This document shows positions 19,224 through 28,508 of a stretch of DNA of 42,370 nucleotides, in pieces. The stretch spans positions 1 to 42,370 of IMG/VR virus record IMGVR_UViG_3300032320_002033, one strand, 5' to 3'. Source of the stretch: a virus. Its lineage: Duplodnaviria > Caudoviricetes. Below the pieces are notes generated by a model, which did not search any database, was not told where the DNA came from, and saw only the letters and a list, made by a program, of their open reading frames with translations. Numbering within the stretch: the first letter of the stretch is position 1; each line of letters starts with the position of its first letter. The position numbers were made by a program, and so were the translations under genes.

Positions 19224-20193
19224 ATTAACAGACGAAAGAAGTTCATTCAAACCATTTAATTATCCCTGGGCATACGACGCATGGCTAAAACACGAGCAAT
19301 CGCATTGGCTCCATACGGAGGTACCTATGTTGGAGGACGTCAAGGATTGGAAGAAAAAGTTAACCGAGTCAGAGAAACAGTTCTTGACGAACATCTTTCG
19401 ATTCTTTACACAGGGAGACGTGGACGTAGCTGGAGGTTATGTCAAGAATTACCTTCCATACTTCCCACAACCAGAAGTGAGGATGATGCTTGCAGGGTTT
19501 GCAGCGAGAGAGGCTCTACATATTGCTGCCTATTCTCACCTTATCGAAACACTTGGTATGCCTGAGTCTACATATAGTGAATTTTCAGAATACACAGAAA
19601 TGAAGGATAAGCATGATTATGTTCTTAGTATTAGCTCACAGAATGGCGATAGGGCTTCTACTGCTACTCACATTGCAGTATTTAGCGCTTTCACCGAAGG
19701 AATGCAACTATTCAGTTCCTTTATCATGCTACTTAACTTCGCACGCCATGGCAAAATGAAAGGCATGGGGCAAATTATTACTTGGTCTATTGTGGATGAA
19801 ACACAACATGCTGAGTCAATGATTAAATTGTTCCGTACCTATATCGAAGAAAACAAGGAGATATGGAACGATGAGCTTAAAGGGAAGATATACACGATTG
19901 CGGAGAAGATGGTTGATCTGGAAGATAAGTTTATTGAGCTTGCTTTCAAATCTGGCGCTATTCAAGGCTTAACGGTAGAAGATGTTAAAGAATATATTCG
20001 CTACATTACTGATAGAAGACTAATTAGTCTTGGTCTTAAAGGTATCTTTAAGCGCAAAAAGAATCCTTTACCTTGGGTTGAGGAAATGATAAACGCACCT
20101 ACACATACTAACTTCTTTGAGAATAGAGCAACAGATTATGCTAAAGGTGCATTAAGTGGAAACTGGAATGAGGTGTGGGGCAAAGCCGCATAA
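19204..20193 (+). CDS. nrdB: Ribonucleotide reductase beta subunit
   Basis: FFTQGD, REALHIAAY (radical Tyr), EGMQLFSSF, DETQH and NFFENRATDY. Confidence 0.96.
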   Translation: MTKTKSKLTDERSSFKPFNYPWAYDAWLKHEQSHWLHTEVPMLEDVKDWKKKLTESEKQFLTNIFRFFTQGDVDVAGGYVKNYLPYFPQPEVRMMLAGFAAREALHIAAYSHLIETLGMPESTYSEFSEYTEMKDKHDYVLSISSQNGDRASTATHIAVFSAFTEGMQLFSSFIMLLNFARHGKMKGMGQIITWSIVDETQHAESMIKLFRTYIEENKEIWNDELKGKIYTIAEKMVDLEDKFIELAFKSGAIQGLTVEDVKEYIRYITDRRLISLGLKGIFKRKKNPLPWVEEMINAPTHTNFFENRATDYAKGALSGNWNEVWGKAA

Positions 20194-20197
20194 ATTT

Positions 20198-20473
20198 ATG
20201 GATATGGTTAAAATTGCAGGAATAACTTACAACATTGAATTAAAATCAAAAGAAGAAATGAATGGATTGGTTGGATCAGCAGATTTCAATCGTCAACTAA
20301 TTTCTATTAATAAAGAACATACTGAGCAAACACAAAGAATTGCAGTATATCATGAAATACTTCATTTATTAAGTGATGCGTATGGATTAAAATTAACTGA
20401 AGAGCAAGTGAAAATAGGCACACATGCGTTAATCGCATTTGTTGAGGAAAATAAAGATATATTGACAATATAA
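20198..20473 (+). CDS. Small HExxH metallopeptidase-like protein
   Basis: VKIAGITYNI...G...F....I.I......YHEILH; ATG 20198 follows the nrdB stop. Confidence 0.65.
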   Translation: MDMVKIAGITYNIELKSKEEMNGLVGSADFNRQLISINKEHTEQTQRIAVYHEILHLLSDAYGLKLTEEQVKIGTHALIAFVEENKDILTI

Positions 20474-20474
20474 T

Positions 20475-20666
20475 ATGGAAATAGAAAAATTGAAAAAACA
20501 AGTAAACTTCGTACAAATACGAAGAGATATTTGTAACTCTTGCGAGCATTTAAAAACCTTTGTCGGAATAGAATCCTGTGATGCATGTGGTTGTTCTATA
20601 TGGGCAAAGACTAGAATTAAATCTTCTAGCTGTCCTAAAGGAAAATGGAATGCCGAGAAAGATTGA
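20475..20666 (+). CDS. Small Cys-rich protein (DUF6171-like)
   Basis: R..IC.SCE...C..CGC....KT......CP.GKW. Confidence 0.65.
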   Translation: MEIEKLKKQVNFVQIRRDICNSCEHLKTFVGIESCDACGCSIWAKTRIKSSSCPKGKWNAEKD

Positions 20667-21078
20667 TTATGCCCATTTACAGGTAGCCGAAACATATAGT
20701 CAGCTATCCCATGCAATACGATTGAAGGTTGGTGCAATTATAACTAAAGAAGATAGAGTAATATCTATTGGTTATAATGGTACACCTGCAGGTTGGGATA
20801 ATAGTTGCGAGGATCACACTTATATTGATGATATGCATGTAGAGCTAAAAACTAAACCAGAAGTTATACATGCTGAAGCAAATGCTATTGCCAAGCTTGC
20901 AAAATCTTCTGAGGCAGGAAAAGATGCAGATATGTACATAACACACGCACCTTGCTTGGATTGTGCTAAGCTTATATATACTGCGGGTATCAAAAAAGTT
21001 TTTTATCGTCATGCCTATAGAAGTAACGCAGGTATAGAATTTTTAGATAAATGTAAAATTGAAGTGGAGCAACTATGA
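20650..21078 (+). CDS. cd: dCMP deaminase
   Basis: KVGA, SIGYNG.P.G, HAEANAI and THAPCLDCAK; likely start MPRKIDY at 20650. Confidence 0.93.
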   Translation: MPRKIDYAHLQVAETYSQLSHAIRLKVGAIITKEDRVISIGYNGTPAGWDNSCEDHTYIDDMHVELKTKPEVIHAEANAIAKLAKSSEAGKDADMYITHAPCLDCAKLIYTAGIKKVFYRHAYRSNAGIEFLDKCKIEVEQL

Positions 21079-21563
21079 AAAACCAAACAGTAGGATTTAC
21101 TTGTTCGACATTCGATTTATTTCATGCAGGTCACGTTGTTATGCTTGAAGAAGCTAAAAGACAATGTGATTATTTGATTGTAGGCATTCAATTAGATCCT
21201 ACATTAGATCGAGAAACAAAAAACAAACCAGTACAATCTATTATTGAAAGGCAAATACAAGTTAAAGCCTGCAGATATGTAGATGAAGTAGTCATATATA
21301 GTACAGAGAAGGAATTAGAAGATATTCTAATGACTTTGCCAATTGATACACGTATTCTCGGTGAAGAATATATGGACAAAGAATTTACCGGCAAAGATAT
21401 ATGCCTTAAGCGAGGAATTCGATTCCATTACAATAAAAGAGATCATTACTTTAGCTCGACAGATTTACGAAAACGAGTGTTTGAAGCTGAAGTAAAAAAG
21501 AGAGGAATAACATGGCCAGAAAACACTACGAATGTTTCGAATGTGACGCCGTCTTCAAAATAA
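21075..21563 (+). CDS. Cytidylyltransferase (TagD/glycerol-3-phosphate CT-like)
   Basis: STFDLFHAGH (HxGH), LIVG, ER..QV.ACRYVDEV and R.H.FSST.LR. Confidence 0.88.
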   Translation: MKNQTVGFTCSTFDLFHAGHVVMLEEAKRQCDYLIVGIQLDPTLDRETKNKPVQSIIERQIQVKACRYVDEVVIYSTEKELEDILMTLPIDTRILGEEYMDKEFTGKDICLKRGIRFHYNKRDHYFSSTDLRKRVFEAEVKKRGITWPENTTNVSNVTPSSK

Positions 21564-21682
21564 GTCACGAACTAGACGAAAACTACTACAAAGTAACACA
21601 TTGTCCTTTTTGCGGTACTGCAATGGATGAGGAAGAAGAAGATAGGTATGTAGATAATAGCGAAGATGAAGACGTGTCCTAA
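21512..21682 (+). CDS. Zn-ribbon miniprotein with acidic tail (56 aa, not in ORF track)
   Basis: SD AGAGGA; MARKHYECFECDAVFKI...THCPFCGTAMDEEEEDRYVDNSEDEDVS. Confidence 0.75.
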   Translation: MARKHYECFECDAVFKISHELDENYYKVTHCPFCGTAMDEEEEDRYVDNSEDEDVS

Positions 21683-22016
21683 ATGCGGAACAGAGCACAA
21701 AAAACCTGGCACATTTTGTAGCCGGGTTTGTGCCAATTCTAGACAATGGACAACGGCACAAAAAAAAGTATTCTCGCAGAAACAAAAAGAATACATGGCC
21801 AAGGATGAATCTGAGGGTCATAGATATAAAAAGTCTATACAAGTAACAATGCAGCATAAGACTGGAGTTATGGGTAAGGGTTTAGCAACAGAACGTATTG
21901 AAGATGTTATGACTGACCCTGATGATTACTTTTTAGTACCACCTAGCAACGATACAGACCATATAGTAGAAGATGGAGATTACTGGGAGGTGGTTGACAG
22001 CCATAATAAATACTAA
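21666..22016 (+). CDS. Zn-finger protein (CPKC...FCSRVC)
   Basis: MKTCPKCGTEH...FCSRVCANSR motif. Confidence 0.65.
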   Translation: MKTCPKCGTEHKKPGTFCSRVCANSRQWTTAQKKVFSQKQKEYMAKDESEGHRYKKSIQVTMQHKTGVMGKGLATERIEDVMTDPDDYFLVPPSNDTDHIVEDGDYWEVVDSHNKY

Positions 22017-22038
22017 TTTAGAATCGGTATTTATTATG
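22002..22038 (+). promoter_or_regulatory. Late promoter AATAAATA (22005-22012) within a 12-bp hairpin that covers the GIY-YIG start codon
   Basis: cataataaatac (22002-22013) is the exact reverse complement of gtatttattatg (22027-22038), which ends in the ATG. Confidence 0.75.
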
Positions 22039-22431
22039 TGGATATATAAGAATGAACCTTTAGAAGAGGTTCCTGAAAATGCGTATGGATATGTGTATTT
22101 AATTACCAATAATCTAACAGGCAGAAAATATATAGGTAAAAAACTATTTTGGTTTAAGAAAACTAAAGTAGTTAAAGGCAAGAAAAAAAGATTAAAAGTA
22201 GAATCAGATTGGCGTACCTATTGGTCATCCTCGGACGAGGTTAAAAAAGACGTACAGGAAATAGGTCAAGAAAATTTCACCAGAGAAATATTACATGTCT
22301 GCCCTAATAAGGGATCTTGTAATTATTTAGAAGCCAAAGAACAAATGCTGCGAGAAGTACTTGAAACTAATCTATATTATAATAGTCAGATTCAATGCAG
22401 AGTACATAGAACACATTTAAAGTTAGGGTAG
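22036..22431 (+). CDS. GIY-YIG family nuclease-like protein
   Basis: MWIY...YGYVYLITNNLTGRKYIGKK...ESDW..YWSS...F.REIL...YLE...YYN; start reassigned to 22036. Confidence 0.8.
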   Translation: MWIYKNEPLEEVPENAYGYVYLITNNLTGRKYIGKKLFWFKKTKVVKGKKKRLKVESDWRTYWSSSDEVKKDVQEIGQENFTREILHVCPNKGSCNYLEAKEQMLREVLETNLYYNSQIQCRVHRTHLKLG

Positions 22432-22434
22432 TTC

Positions 22435-23454
22435 ATGAAAATAGAAGGTAGAGTAGCAATATCAGGAAGATTTAGTACAAAACCTCCGACAGCGGCGGCA
22501 ATTGTTACTGGTCAACAAGCTTACGTAACCCCCGGTATATATTATTGGACAGTACCAGACAACGTAACAAGTGTTTCGGTAGTTTGTATTGGCGCAGGCG
22601 GAAGCGGCAAATCTGGTTCAGTAGGTAATGATAGTGGAAGCAAAGATGGTGATGCAGGGGTAGGAGGAGGCGGTGGCGGATTAGGATACGTTAATGATAT
22701 TCCAGTTGTGCCCGGCACAACACATATGATTATAGTTGGAGCCGGAGGAACAGGTTCCATAACGCAAGGCGGAGGCAGCGCAGGCCAATCTAGTTATTTT
22801 AAATCCAATGCAGGTGCAAATATTATTATTGCATATGGTGGAGGATTTAATTCGAACAATACCGAAGCGACAGGCGGATTGCTAGGTGGCGCCGGAGGAA
22901 CATATTTTGTAAGTAACGTATATGGTACGTATGGCGGAGGCAACGGCGGCAATGGTGGATTTGCTGAAAACAATTTTGCAGGAACGGGTGGCGGTGGTGC
23001 TGGTGGTTATTCTGGCAACGGCGGCAATGGTGGTTATGTAAGTGGCACGTATAATGGAACTAATGGTTCCGGTGGCGGTGGAGGTGGCGGTGCTGGTTTT
23101 GAAGGCGGAGATGGTTCAGGTGGTAGTGGCGGCGCCGGCGGCGGTACTGGAATTTTAGGAGAAGGTTCCAGTGGTATAGGCGGGACATATATGACTTCAA
23201 ACGCACCTGTAGGTGGAGGAACTGGCGGGTCAGGAGCTCCAGCAGGAGGCGGAGGTGTGTATTCTGGTGCAGGGGTGAGTCAAGGCGGTACAGGTGGTTC
23301 GTATGGCGGCGGTGGAGGTGGTGCTAACAACTTTGATAATGTATTCTTTGGCGGAAATTATGGTAGATCAGGTGATGGAGCGGGAGGTGCCGTAAGAATT
23401 ATTTGGCCAGGAAATACTAGAGCATTCCCAACAACCAGCACAACAGATCTATAA
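22435..23454 (+). CDS. Glycine-rich putative adhesin (second subtype)
   Basis: TPG.Y.WTVP..VTSVSVVCIGAGG...GGGGG...GAGGAVRIIWPG..R.FP. Confidence 0.72.
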   Translation: MKIEGRVAISGRFSTKPPTAAAIVTGQQAYVTPGIYYWTVPDNVTSVSVVCIGAGGSGKSGSVGNDSGSKDGDAGVGGGGGGLGYVNDIPVVPGTTHMIIVGAGGTGSITQGGGSAGQSSYFKSNAGANIIIAYGGGFNSNNTEATGGLLGGAGGTYFVSNVYGTYGGGNGGNGGFAENNFAGTGGGGAGGYSGNGGNGGYVSGTYNGTNGSGGGGGGGAGFEGGDGSGGSGGAGGGTGILGEGSSGIGGTYMTSNAPVGGGTGGSGAPAGGGGVYSGAGVSQGGTGGSYGGGGGGANNFDNVFFGGNYGRSGDGAGGAVRIIWPGNTRAFPTTSTTDL

Positions 23455-23464
23455 TAGGTAAGAT

Positions 23465-24157
23465 ATGCAGATAACAGGCCCAGGTTTTATTTTCGAAGGT
23501 GCAGGTATAAATGTGTCTCCTGTTCCTCCAGATTTAGGGGTTATAAGTGGAGATGCAAATGTATCAATAGGTACACAAGTTGCCTGGACATCTAATACTT
23601 ATTTTTATACAACAAACTCAAGTACAGTTAGAGGATCAGATTTTGTATATGATACCAATAATATGGTATGGCAAGTATTTTATGCACATAAGCAAATACG
23701 TCTTTTTACCGGAGCAAATCGTTGGGGACCTATTCCACGTAGTAGCGGAAGTAATACTATAGCGTTATATCAAGCCTCATCTACAGCAACTAATACCAAA
23801 TCATCTTTTAATTCCAATGTAGATGTTGCATTATCTGCTGCTATTTCTGCTAGTTATAGTGCGAATACTTTATATCAAGCAGCAACACAGACTGCAGTAA
23901 CTATTCCAGCAAAAAGATATTTTTTACTTGGAATAACAGGTGGCCCTTTTTATAGAAGTTTCTTAAGGACTGCGAATAACATAACTGCAGTTTTTGGGGG
24001 TGAAGCAGTAGTTACCGCCCTTAATGAGGTGTATGTTGGCCCTTGGCCCTCAGGGCCTGGTCGAGGCATTCCTACTCTTTTAGGAGGCAATACCGCGTCT
24101 TATGTTAGATATACAAGTAACATATATTATTCTGCGTTTAAATTTGAAATCGTATGA
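23465..24157 (+). CDS. Hypothetical virion protein
   Basis: S/T/N/Y-rich beta-type composition; N-terminus MQITGPG resembles MSIKITGSG of 4624. Confidence 0.55.
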   Translation: MQITGPGFIFEGAGINVSPVPPDLGVISGDANVSIGTQVAWTSNTYFYTTNSSTVRGSDFVYDTNNMVWQVFYAHKQIRLFTGANRWGPIPRSSGSNTIALYQASSTATNTKSSFNSNVDVALSAAISASYSANTLYQAATQTAVTIPAKRYFLLGITGGPFYRSFLRTANNITAVFGGEAVVTALNEVYVGPWPSGPGRGIPTLLGGNTASYVRYTSNIYYSAFKFEIV

Positions 24158-24993
24158 CGAATGATAGAATATTTACTTACATATTACTTTTAACTGCTCT
24201 AGGTATATCTGCAGTTGCAGGATACTTTTCAATCATAGGTCTTACACTAATATTCTCCGCTGCATTTTGGCCTATAGTTACTATGGGAGCAGTATTAGAG
24301 TTAGGGAAGTTAGTTACAGCATCCTTCATATATAGAATGTGGGATAAAGTAAATTGGTTGCTAAGAACATATTTTGTACTTAGTGTTATTATTCTTTCAG
24401 CAATTACTTCCTTAGGCATATTTGGATATCTATCAAAAGCGCATATTGAGAATTCTGCAAAATTGGCACCATTAGTTGAAAAGGAAATGATATATGATGA
24501 GAAGATCAAAACGCTTAAAGAAACCATCGAGGCTAATCGCAAAAGTCTCTTACAGTTGGATGCGGCAGTTGACCAAATCATGGTACGCTCGTCGGACGAA
24601 AGGGGGGCTGAAAGGTCGAACCAAATCCGCAAAGCCCAACAGAAAGAGCGCACACGAGCGTCTGATGAGATTATTAGGTCGCAAAAAGAAATACAGAGTC
24701 TTACGGAAGAGAAGTCCCCTATCTCCTTGGAGATCAAAAAGGCTGCTTCAGAGTTGGGGCCTATAAAGTATGTTGCAGAATTATTCTATGGTCAAAATGA
24801 TACTGAGACTATAGATAAAGCAGTGAGAATGGTTATAGTAATCCTTGTATTTGTGTTTGACCCCTTAGCTATTCTACTTGTAATAGGGGCAAATATGTTA
24901 TTACGTCAGAGACCAAAGGTTAAGAAATCCAAGTATTCCATTGAAATCGACAAGAGTTCGGTGCTTTCTCTGAAGAACACAGATTTAAAGTAA
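24154..24993 (+). CDS. Conserved phage membrane protein with central coiled coil
   Basis: Three N-terminal TM helices (S..G.., LE.GKLV, TS.GIFGYLSKAH), coiled coil, GPIKY.A and C-terminal TM VFDPLAI.L. Confidence 0.75.
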   Translation: MTNDRIFTYILLLTALGISAVAGYFSIIGLTLIFSAAFWPIVTMGAVLELGKLVTASFIYRMWDKVNWLLRTYFVLSVIILSAITSLGIFGYLSKAHIENSAKLAPLVEKEMIYDEKIKTLKETIEANRKSLLQLDAAVDQIMVRSSDERGAERSNQIRKAQQKERTRASDEIIRSQKEIQSLTEEKSPISLEIKKAASELGPIKYVAELFYGQNDTETIDKAVRMVIVILVFVFDPLAILLVIGANMLLRQRPKVKKSKYSIEIDKSSVLSLKNTDLK

Positions 24994-25001
24994 TATAAAT
25001 A
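24994..25001 (+). promoter_or_regulatory. T4 consensus late promoter TATAAATA
   Basis: Exact gp55-type consensus, 25 nt upstream of structural gene 25027. Confidence 0.8.
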
Positions 25002-25026
25002 TAAGGGATACTAATTAGGGAAGAAA

Positions 25027-25425
25027 ATGGCTCTAACTAAAATAAAAGCATCAAGTATAGATTCCATACCAGTTGTCGTAATGGACGATATTTCCTTTCA
25101 GTTTGATGGAGATAAAACTGTATTTGGCTTAACGTTGGATTATGCAAACATCTATACCAAAATGGGATACACTATTGTTGATTCAAAAGATTTGGATGTG
25201 TCTATAAATTTTTATCCTATTTCACCATACGTAAGACAAGCAACTTACCCTTGGATAACAACTTTTGATTCATACAAAGGATTTAGGGTTTCTGGAGATA
25301 ATATTCTTTTTTATCAAGCACCGCCTTCAGGAAGCCATTGTTCGATTATATTTAGAAACAGAAGCCAAACAGCACAACAAAGGCGATACCCCTTTCACCC
25401 GGGTACCATAGCTCTAGGAGATTAA
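25027..25425 (+). CDS. Virion structural protein (single copy of the FDG..T.F.L...VSG..I.F..APP domain)
   Basis: Same motif pattern as the three central repeats of the long fibre. Confidence 0.65.
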   Translation: MALTKIKASSIDSIPVVVMDDISFQFDGDKTVFGLTLDYANIYTKMGYTIVDSKDLDVSINFYPISPYVRQATYPWITTFDSYKGFRVSGDNILFYQAPPSGSHCSIIFRNRSQTAQQRRYPFHPGTIALGD

Positions 25426-25431
25426 AAACAA

Positions 25432-28275
25432 ATGGCAAAGCATGTAATTTTAGAACAGTATACGTTTGATCCTGCGACAAGGACTGTTACTATTAGAGGT
25501 AAAAATATTCGCAGAGAACAGTTACTATTAATTACAAATGTAACTAGAAATACAGTAATTTTTAATTTTAGTGATCCTAACTTAGGTGCCGCGTCGTATA
25601 CGAATAGTATAACATTGGGTGGTATCAATGCTGGTCTAGAAAATACAATAATTGTATTGTCATATAATACATCTTCAATGGCAAGTACAGATAAGTTATC
25701 TATCTTAACTGAAGAAACTTATCAAGAAATAACTCCAAGTGAAACTTTATTGGACCCTGTTGGGAAAATGAGAGTTTCCGAACCACAGTCGTTAATTGAT
25801 ACAGACTTTGAATACGGAATTCAGCCGACTAAATGGGAAACTTTAACATTATTAAATTTTAGACCTTCTGCTTACTATAATTCTGAAGGAACTATAACGT
25901 TTTCTAACATAACAGGTTCTTTCCAAGGAAATAATCAAGTTATAGTTAATCTTGCTAATACTCAACTTAACGGTATAGACTTATTTGTAGGTCAGCCAAT
26001 ATTTGTTCAAGGTTCAAGAGATCAAGCAAACGTAGATGGTTGGTTCACGATCCATTCAATTGTTCCAAATTCTTCATTCACATATAAGACAATAGGCAGA
26101 CCTGTTTGGGATGCAAATGATCCTAATAAGACTTATGTTTTTGCAGGACAATATTATTCTAATGCAGGGATTAGCTTAAACAATGTTAGCGTTTCATCCA
26201 ACGTTATTTTTATCTCAACAACTAATGCGCATGGTTTACGACCAGGCAATGGAATTTGGTTGCAAAATATAACCGGTTCGGGAACAATTCCTCAAGAACT
26301 TAATGGATCTTGGGTAGTATCAGCTACTCCGACATCTAATACTTTACTAGCAAATGCTTATAATTTTTCCGGGGCAGGTCCATTAGTTGCCACAAATGCC
26401 CCATTCGCATCTAATATTCTATACATGAGACCCTTTAGTACTGTCGTACATAGACCATTCGACGGTGGCGTGTCTATGAGTACATCAACGTCTTCCCAAG
26501 GTTATCAGACAATTAGACAAACACGTAGATATTTTAGATACCAGTCGGGTAAGGGAATACAATTTAGTACAGGTAGTATTATGAAACCTGCATTAACCGT
26601 AGAAAGTATGACATCCTTCGGCTCGAATGTTACTGTATATTCTAAATATCCGCACAACATTAATGTAGGTTGTAATGTTATCGTATATGGCGCAGTTGAT
26701 GCAGGGTACGACGGAGCATATCCAGTAACGTCTGTTGCAAATACTACAGTATTTACATATCAATCAGGAAGTGCACCAACCGTAACTAGGGCAACAGGTT
26801 ATCCTATTAATGTACATGCTAATAATTGGTACGGATCTAAAAATCGCCTTGGTATGTTTGACGACCAAAACGGATTCTTCTTTGAGTTTGACGGTCAGCA
26901 ATTATATGTTGTAAAACGTTCAAGTACACAACAAATGCCAGGCGTAGTTACAGTAAATGCGCAAAGTCCAGTGGTGACCGGAATCGGTACAAGATTTTCA
27001 GAAAATTTAATTCCTGGAGATTTTGTTAGTATTAGAGGAATGACATATTTAGTCGAATCTATACTTGGCGATACGCAAATGGTCGTTAACCCAGAATATC
27101 GAGGTGTTAATGCTTTTAATTGCACCATAAGTAAAATTGTAGATATAAGAATACCGCAATCGCAATGGAACATTGATAGAATGGATGGTACCGGAGCTAG
27201 TGGTATGACCTTAGATTTAACCAAGATGCAGATGTTTTATATAGATTATTCTTGGTACGGTGCTGGAGCTATTAGATTTGGCTTTAAGAATAACCGAGGC
27301 GAAGTTGTTTATTGTCATAGAATTATAAACAATAATCAAAATACCGAAGCATATATGCGTTCAGGTAACATGGCAGCTAGATATGAGACCAGCACTCGTG
27401 TACCATATTCAGTTTTAGCTGCAAGTTTATCTAGCGCAGCATCGACCGGCGCAACTCTAACTCTTCGTGATGCAACAGACTTTCCGAATGTAGGTGTTAT
27501 TGTTGTGACAGGATCAGGTAATCAAGGATCGCCTATTGAGTATATTTCATATAGTGCAAAATCTGCGAACACTTTAACAATTAATCAAAGAGCAGTATTT
27601 GGTGGAGTTGCTTCAGCAAATACATTTAATGTTACAAGTACTTCACCGGTTTCAGTAGAACTTTCTTCTCCGCAAAATGCTAGTTCATTAAATCATTGGG
27701 GATCTTCAGTTATAATGGATGGTAAATATGATGATGATAAATCTTTGATATTTAATATTGGTCAAAATAATACTTTGATTAATTTAGCAGCAAACAGAAG
27801 AGCGCCTATTATAAGTTTACGTATTTCTCCCTCAGTAGATAGTGGTTTAACTGGCATATTGGGAACCAGAGAACTTATTAACAGAATGCAGTTAGTTCTA
27901 CGACAAATGGATGCTGTTACAACTGGTCCATATCGTGTAGAAGTTATTCTAAATGGTAGACCGTCTGATGGAGCTTGGGCACCTGTAGGTGGTTCTAGTT
28001 TAGCACAGTACGCATTCCATGCAACAGGTGCAACTATTATAGGTGGAGAAAATATTTTCTCATTCTTCACTCAATCATCTGGACAGACTCAGCAAGATAT
28101 GCAGTTGGTTCGAGATTTAGGTACAAGTATTTTAGGTGGCGGTAACTCGTTTTTTGCAAATACAGTAACAGGAAGATTCCCAGACGGACCAGACATGATC
28201 ACAGTTTGTGCTACTCCGTTCTTCGGCAATACTTCTATTAATTCTCGTATCAGCTGGACTGAAGCACAGGCATAA
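25432..28275 (+). CDS. Large virion structural protein (cyanophage-like baseplate/fibre-associated family)
   Basis: YTFDP...LLLITNV, D.VGK.RVS.PQSLIDTDFEYG.Q.TKWE, RQTRRYFRYQSGKG, IDYSWYGAG.IRFG and C-terminal SWTEAQA. Confidence 0.75.
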   Translation: MAKHVILEQYTFDPATRTVTIRGKNIRREQLLLITNVTRNTVIFNFSDPNLGAASYTNSITLGGINAGLENTIIVLSYNTSSMASTDKLSILTEETYQEITPSETLLDPVGKMRVSEPQSLIDTDFEYGIQPTKWETLTLLNFRPSAYYNSEGTITFSNITGSFQGNNQVIVNLANTQLNGIDLFVGQPIFVQGSRDQANVDGWFTIHSIVPNSSFTYKTIGRPVWDANDPNKTYVFAGQYYSNAGISLNNVSVSSNVIFISTTNAHGLRPGNGIWLQNITGSGTIPQELNGSWVVSATPTSNTLLANAYNFSGAGPLVATNAPFASNILYMRPFSTVVHRPFDGGVSMSTSTSSQGYQTIRQTRRYFRYQSGKGIQFSTGSIMKPALTVESMTSFGSNVTVYSKYPHNINVGCNVIVYGAVDAGYDGAYPVTSVANTTVFTYQSGSAPTVTRATGYPINVHANNWYGSKNRLGMFDDQNGFFFEFDGQQLYVVKRSSTQQMPGVVTVNAQSPVVTGIGTRFSENLIPGDFVSIRGMTYLVESILGDTQMVVNPEYRGVNAFNCTISKIVDIRIPQSQWNIDRMDGTGASGMTLDLTKMQMFYIDYSWYGAGAIRFGFKNNRGEVVYCHRIINNNQNTEAYMRSGNMAARYETSTRVPYSVLAASLSSAASTGATLTLRDATDFPNVGVIVVTGSGNQGSPIEYISYSAKSANTLTINQRAVFGGVASANTFNVTSTSPVSVELSSPQNASSLNHWGSSVIMDGKYDDDKSLIFNIGQNNTLINLAANRRAPIISLRISPSVDSGLTGILGTRELINRMQLVLRQMDAVTTGPYRVEVILNGRPSDGAWAPVGGSSLAQYAFHATGATIIGGENIFSFFTQSSGQTQQDMQLVRDLGTSILGGGNSFFANTVTGRFPDGPDMITVCATPFFGNTSINSRISWTEAQA

Positions 28276-28277
28276 CA

Positions 28278-28496
28278 ATGGCACATTTTGTTTCTAGAAC
28301 CCAACCCCCTAACGGGGCGTTGGGGGATGAATGGTTTAACCCAGCAAACAACAAGATATATAAGTTAGTAGTATATAACGGAGTATCTGTTGGATGGCAG
28401 GAACAATTGACTGCAAATAGTGTAGCTACTGTTTTTGCTACTAATACTTTTAACTATGATCCTTCCATAGATCCGTTTTTATTATCTGGAATGTAA
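28278..28496 (+). CDS. Small fibre-like protein ending in DPFLLSGM
   Basis: P.....GDEWFN motif of fibre proteins; C-terminal P-F-L-L; precedes the ~110-aa adaptor. Confidence 0.7.
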   Translation: MAHFVSRTQPPNGALGDEWFNPANNKIYKLVVYNGVSVGWQEQLTANSVATVFATNTFNYDPSIDPFLLSGM

Positions 28497-28508
28497 CAAG
28501 GAAATTTA

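Noticed and set aside
15898-20193. Intron or intein in nrdA/nrdB
   Set aside because: Both ORFs are continuous, of normal compact length, with motifs in order; the intervening genes lack homing-nuclease motifs.
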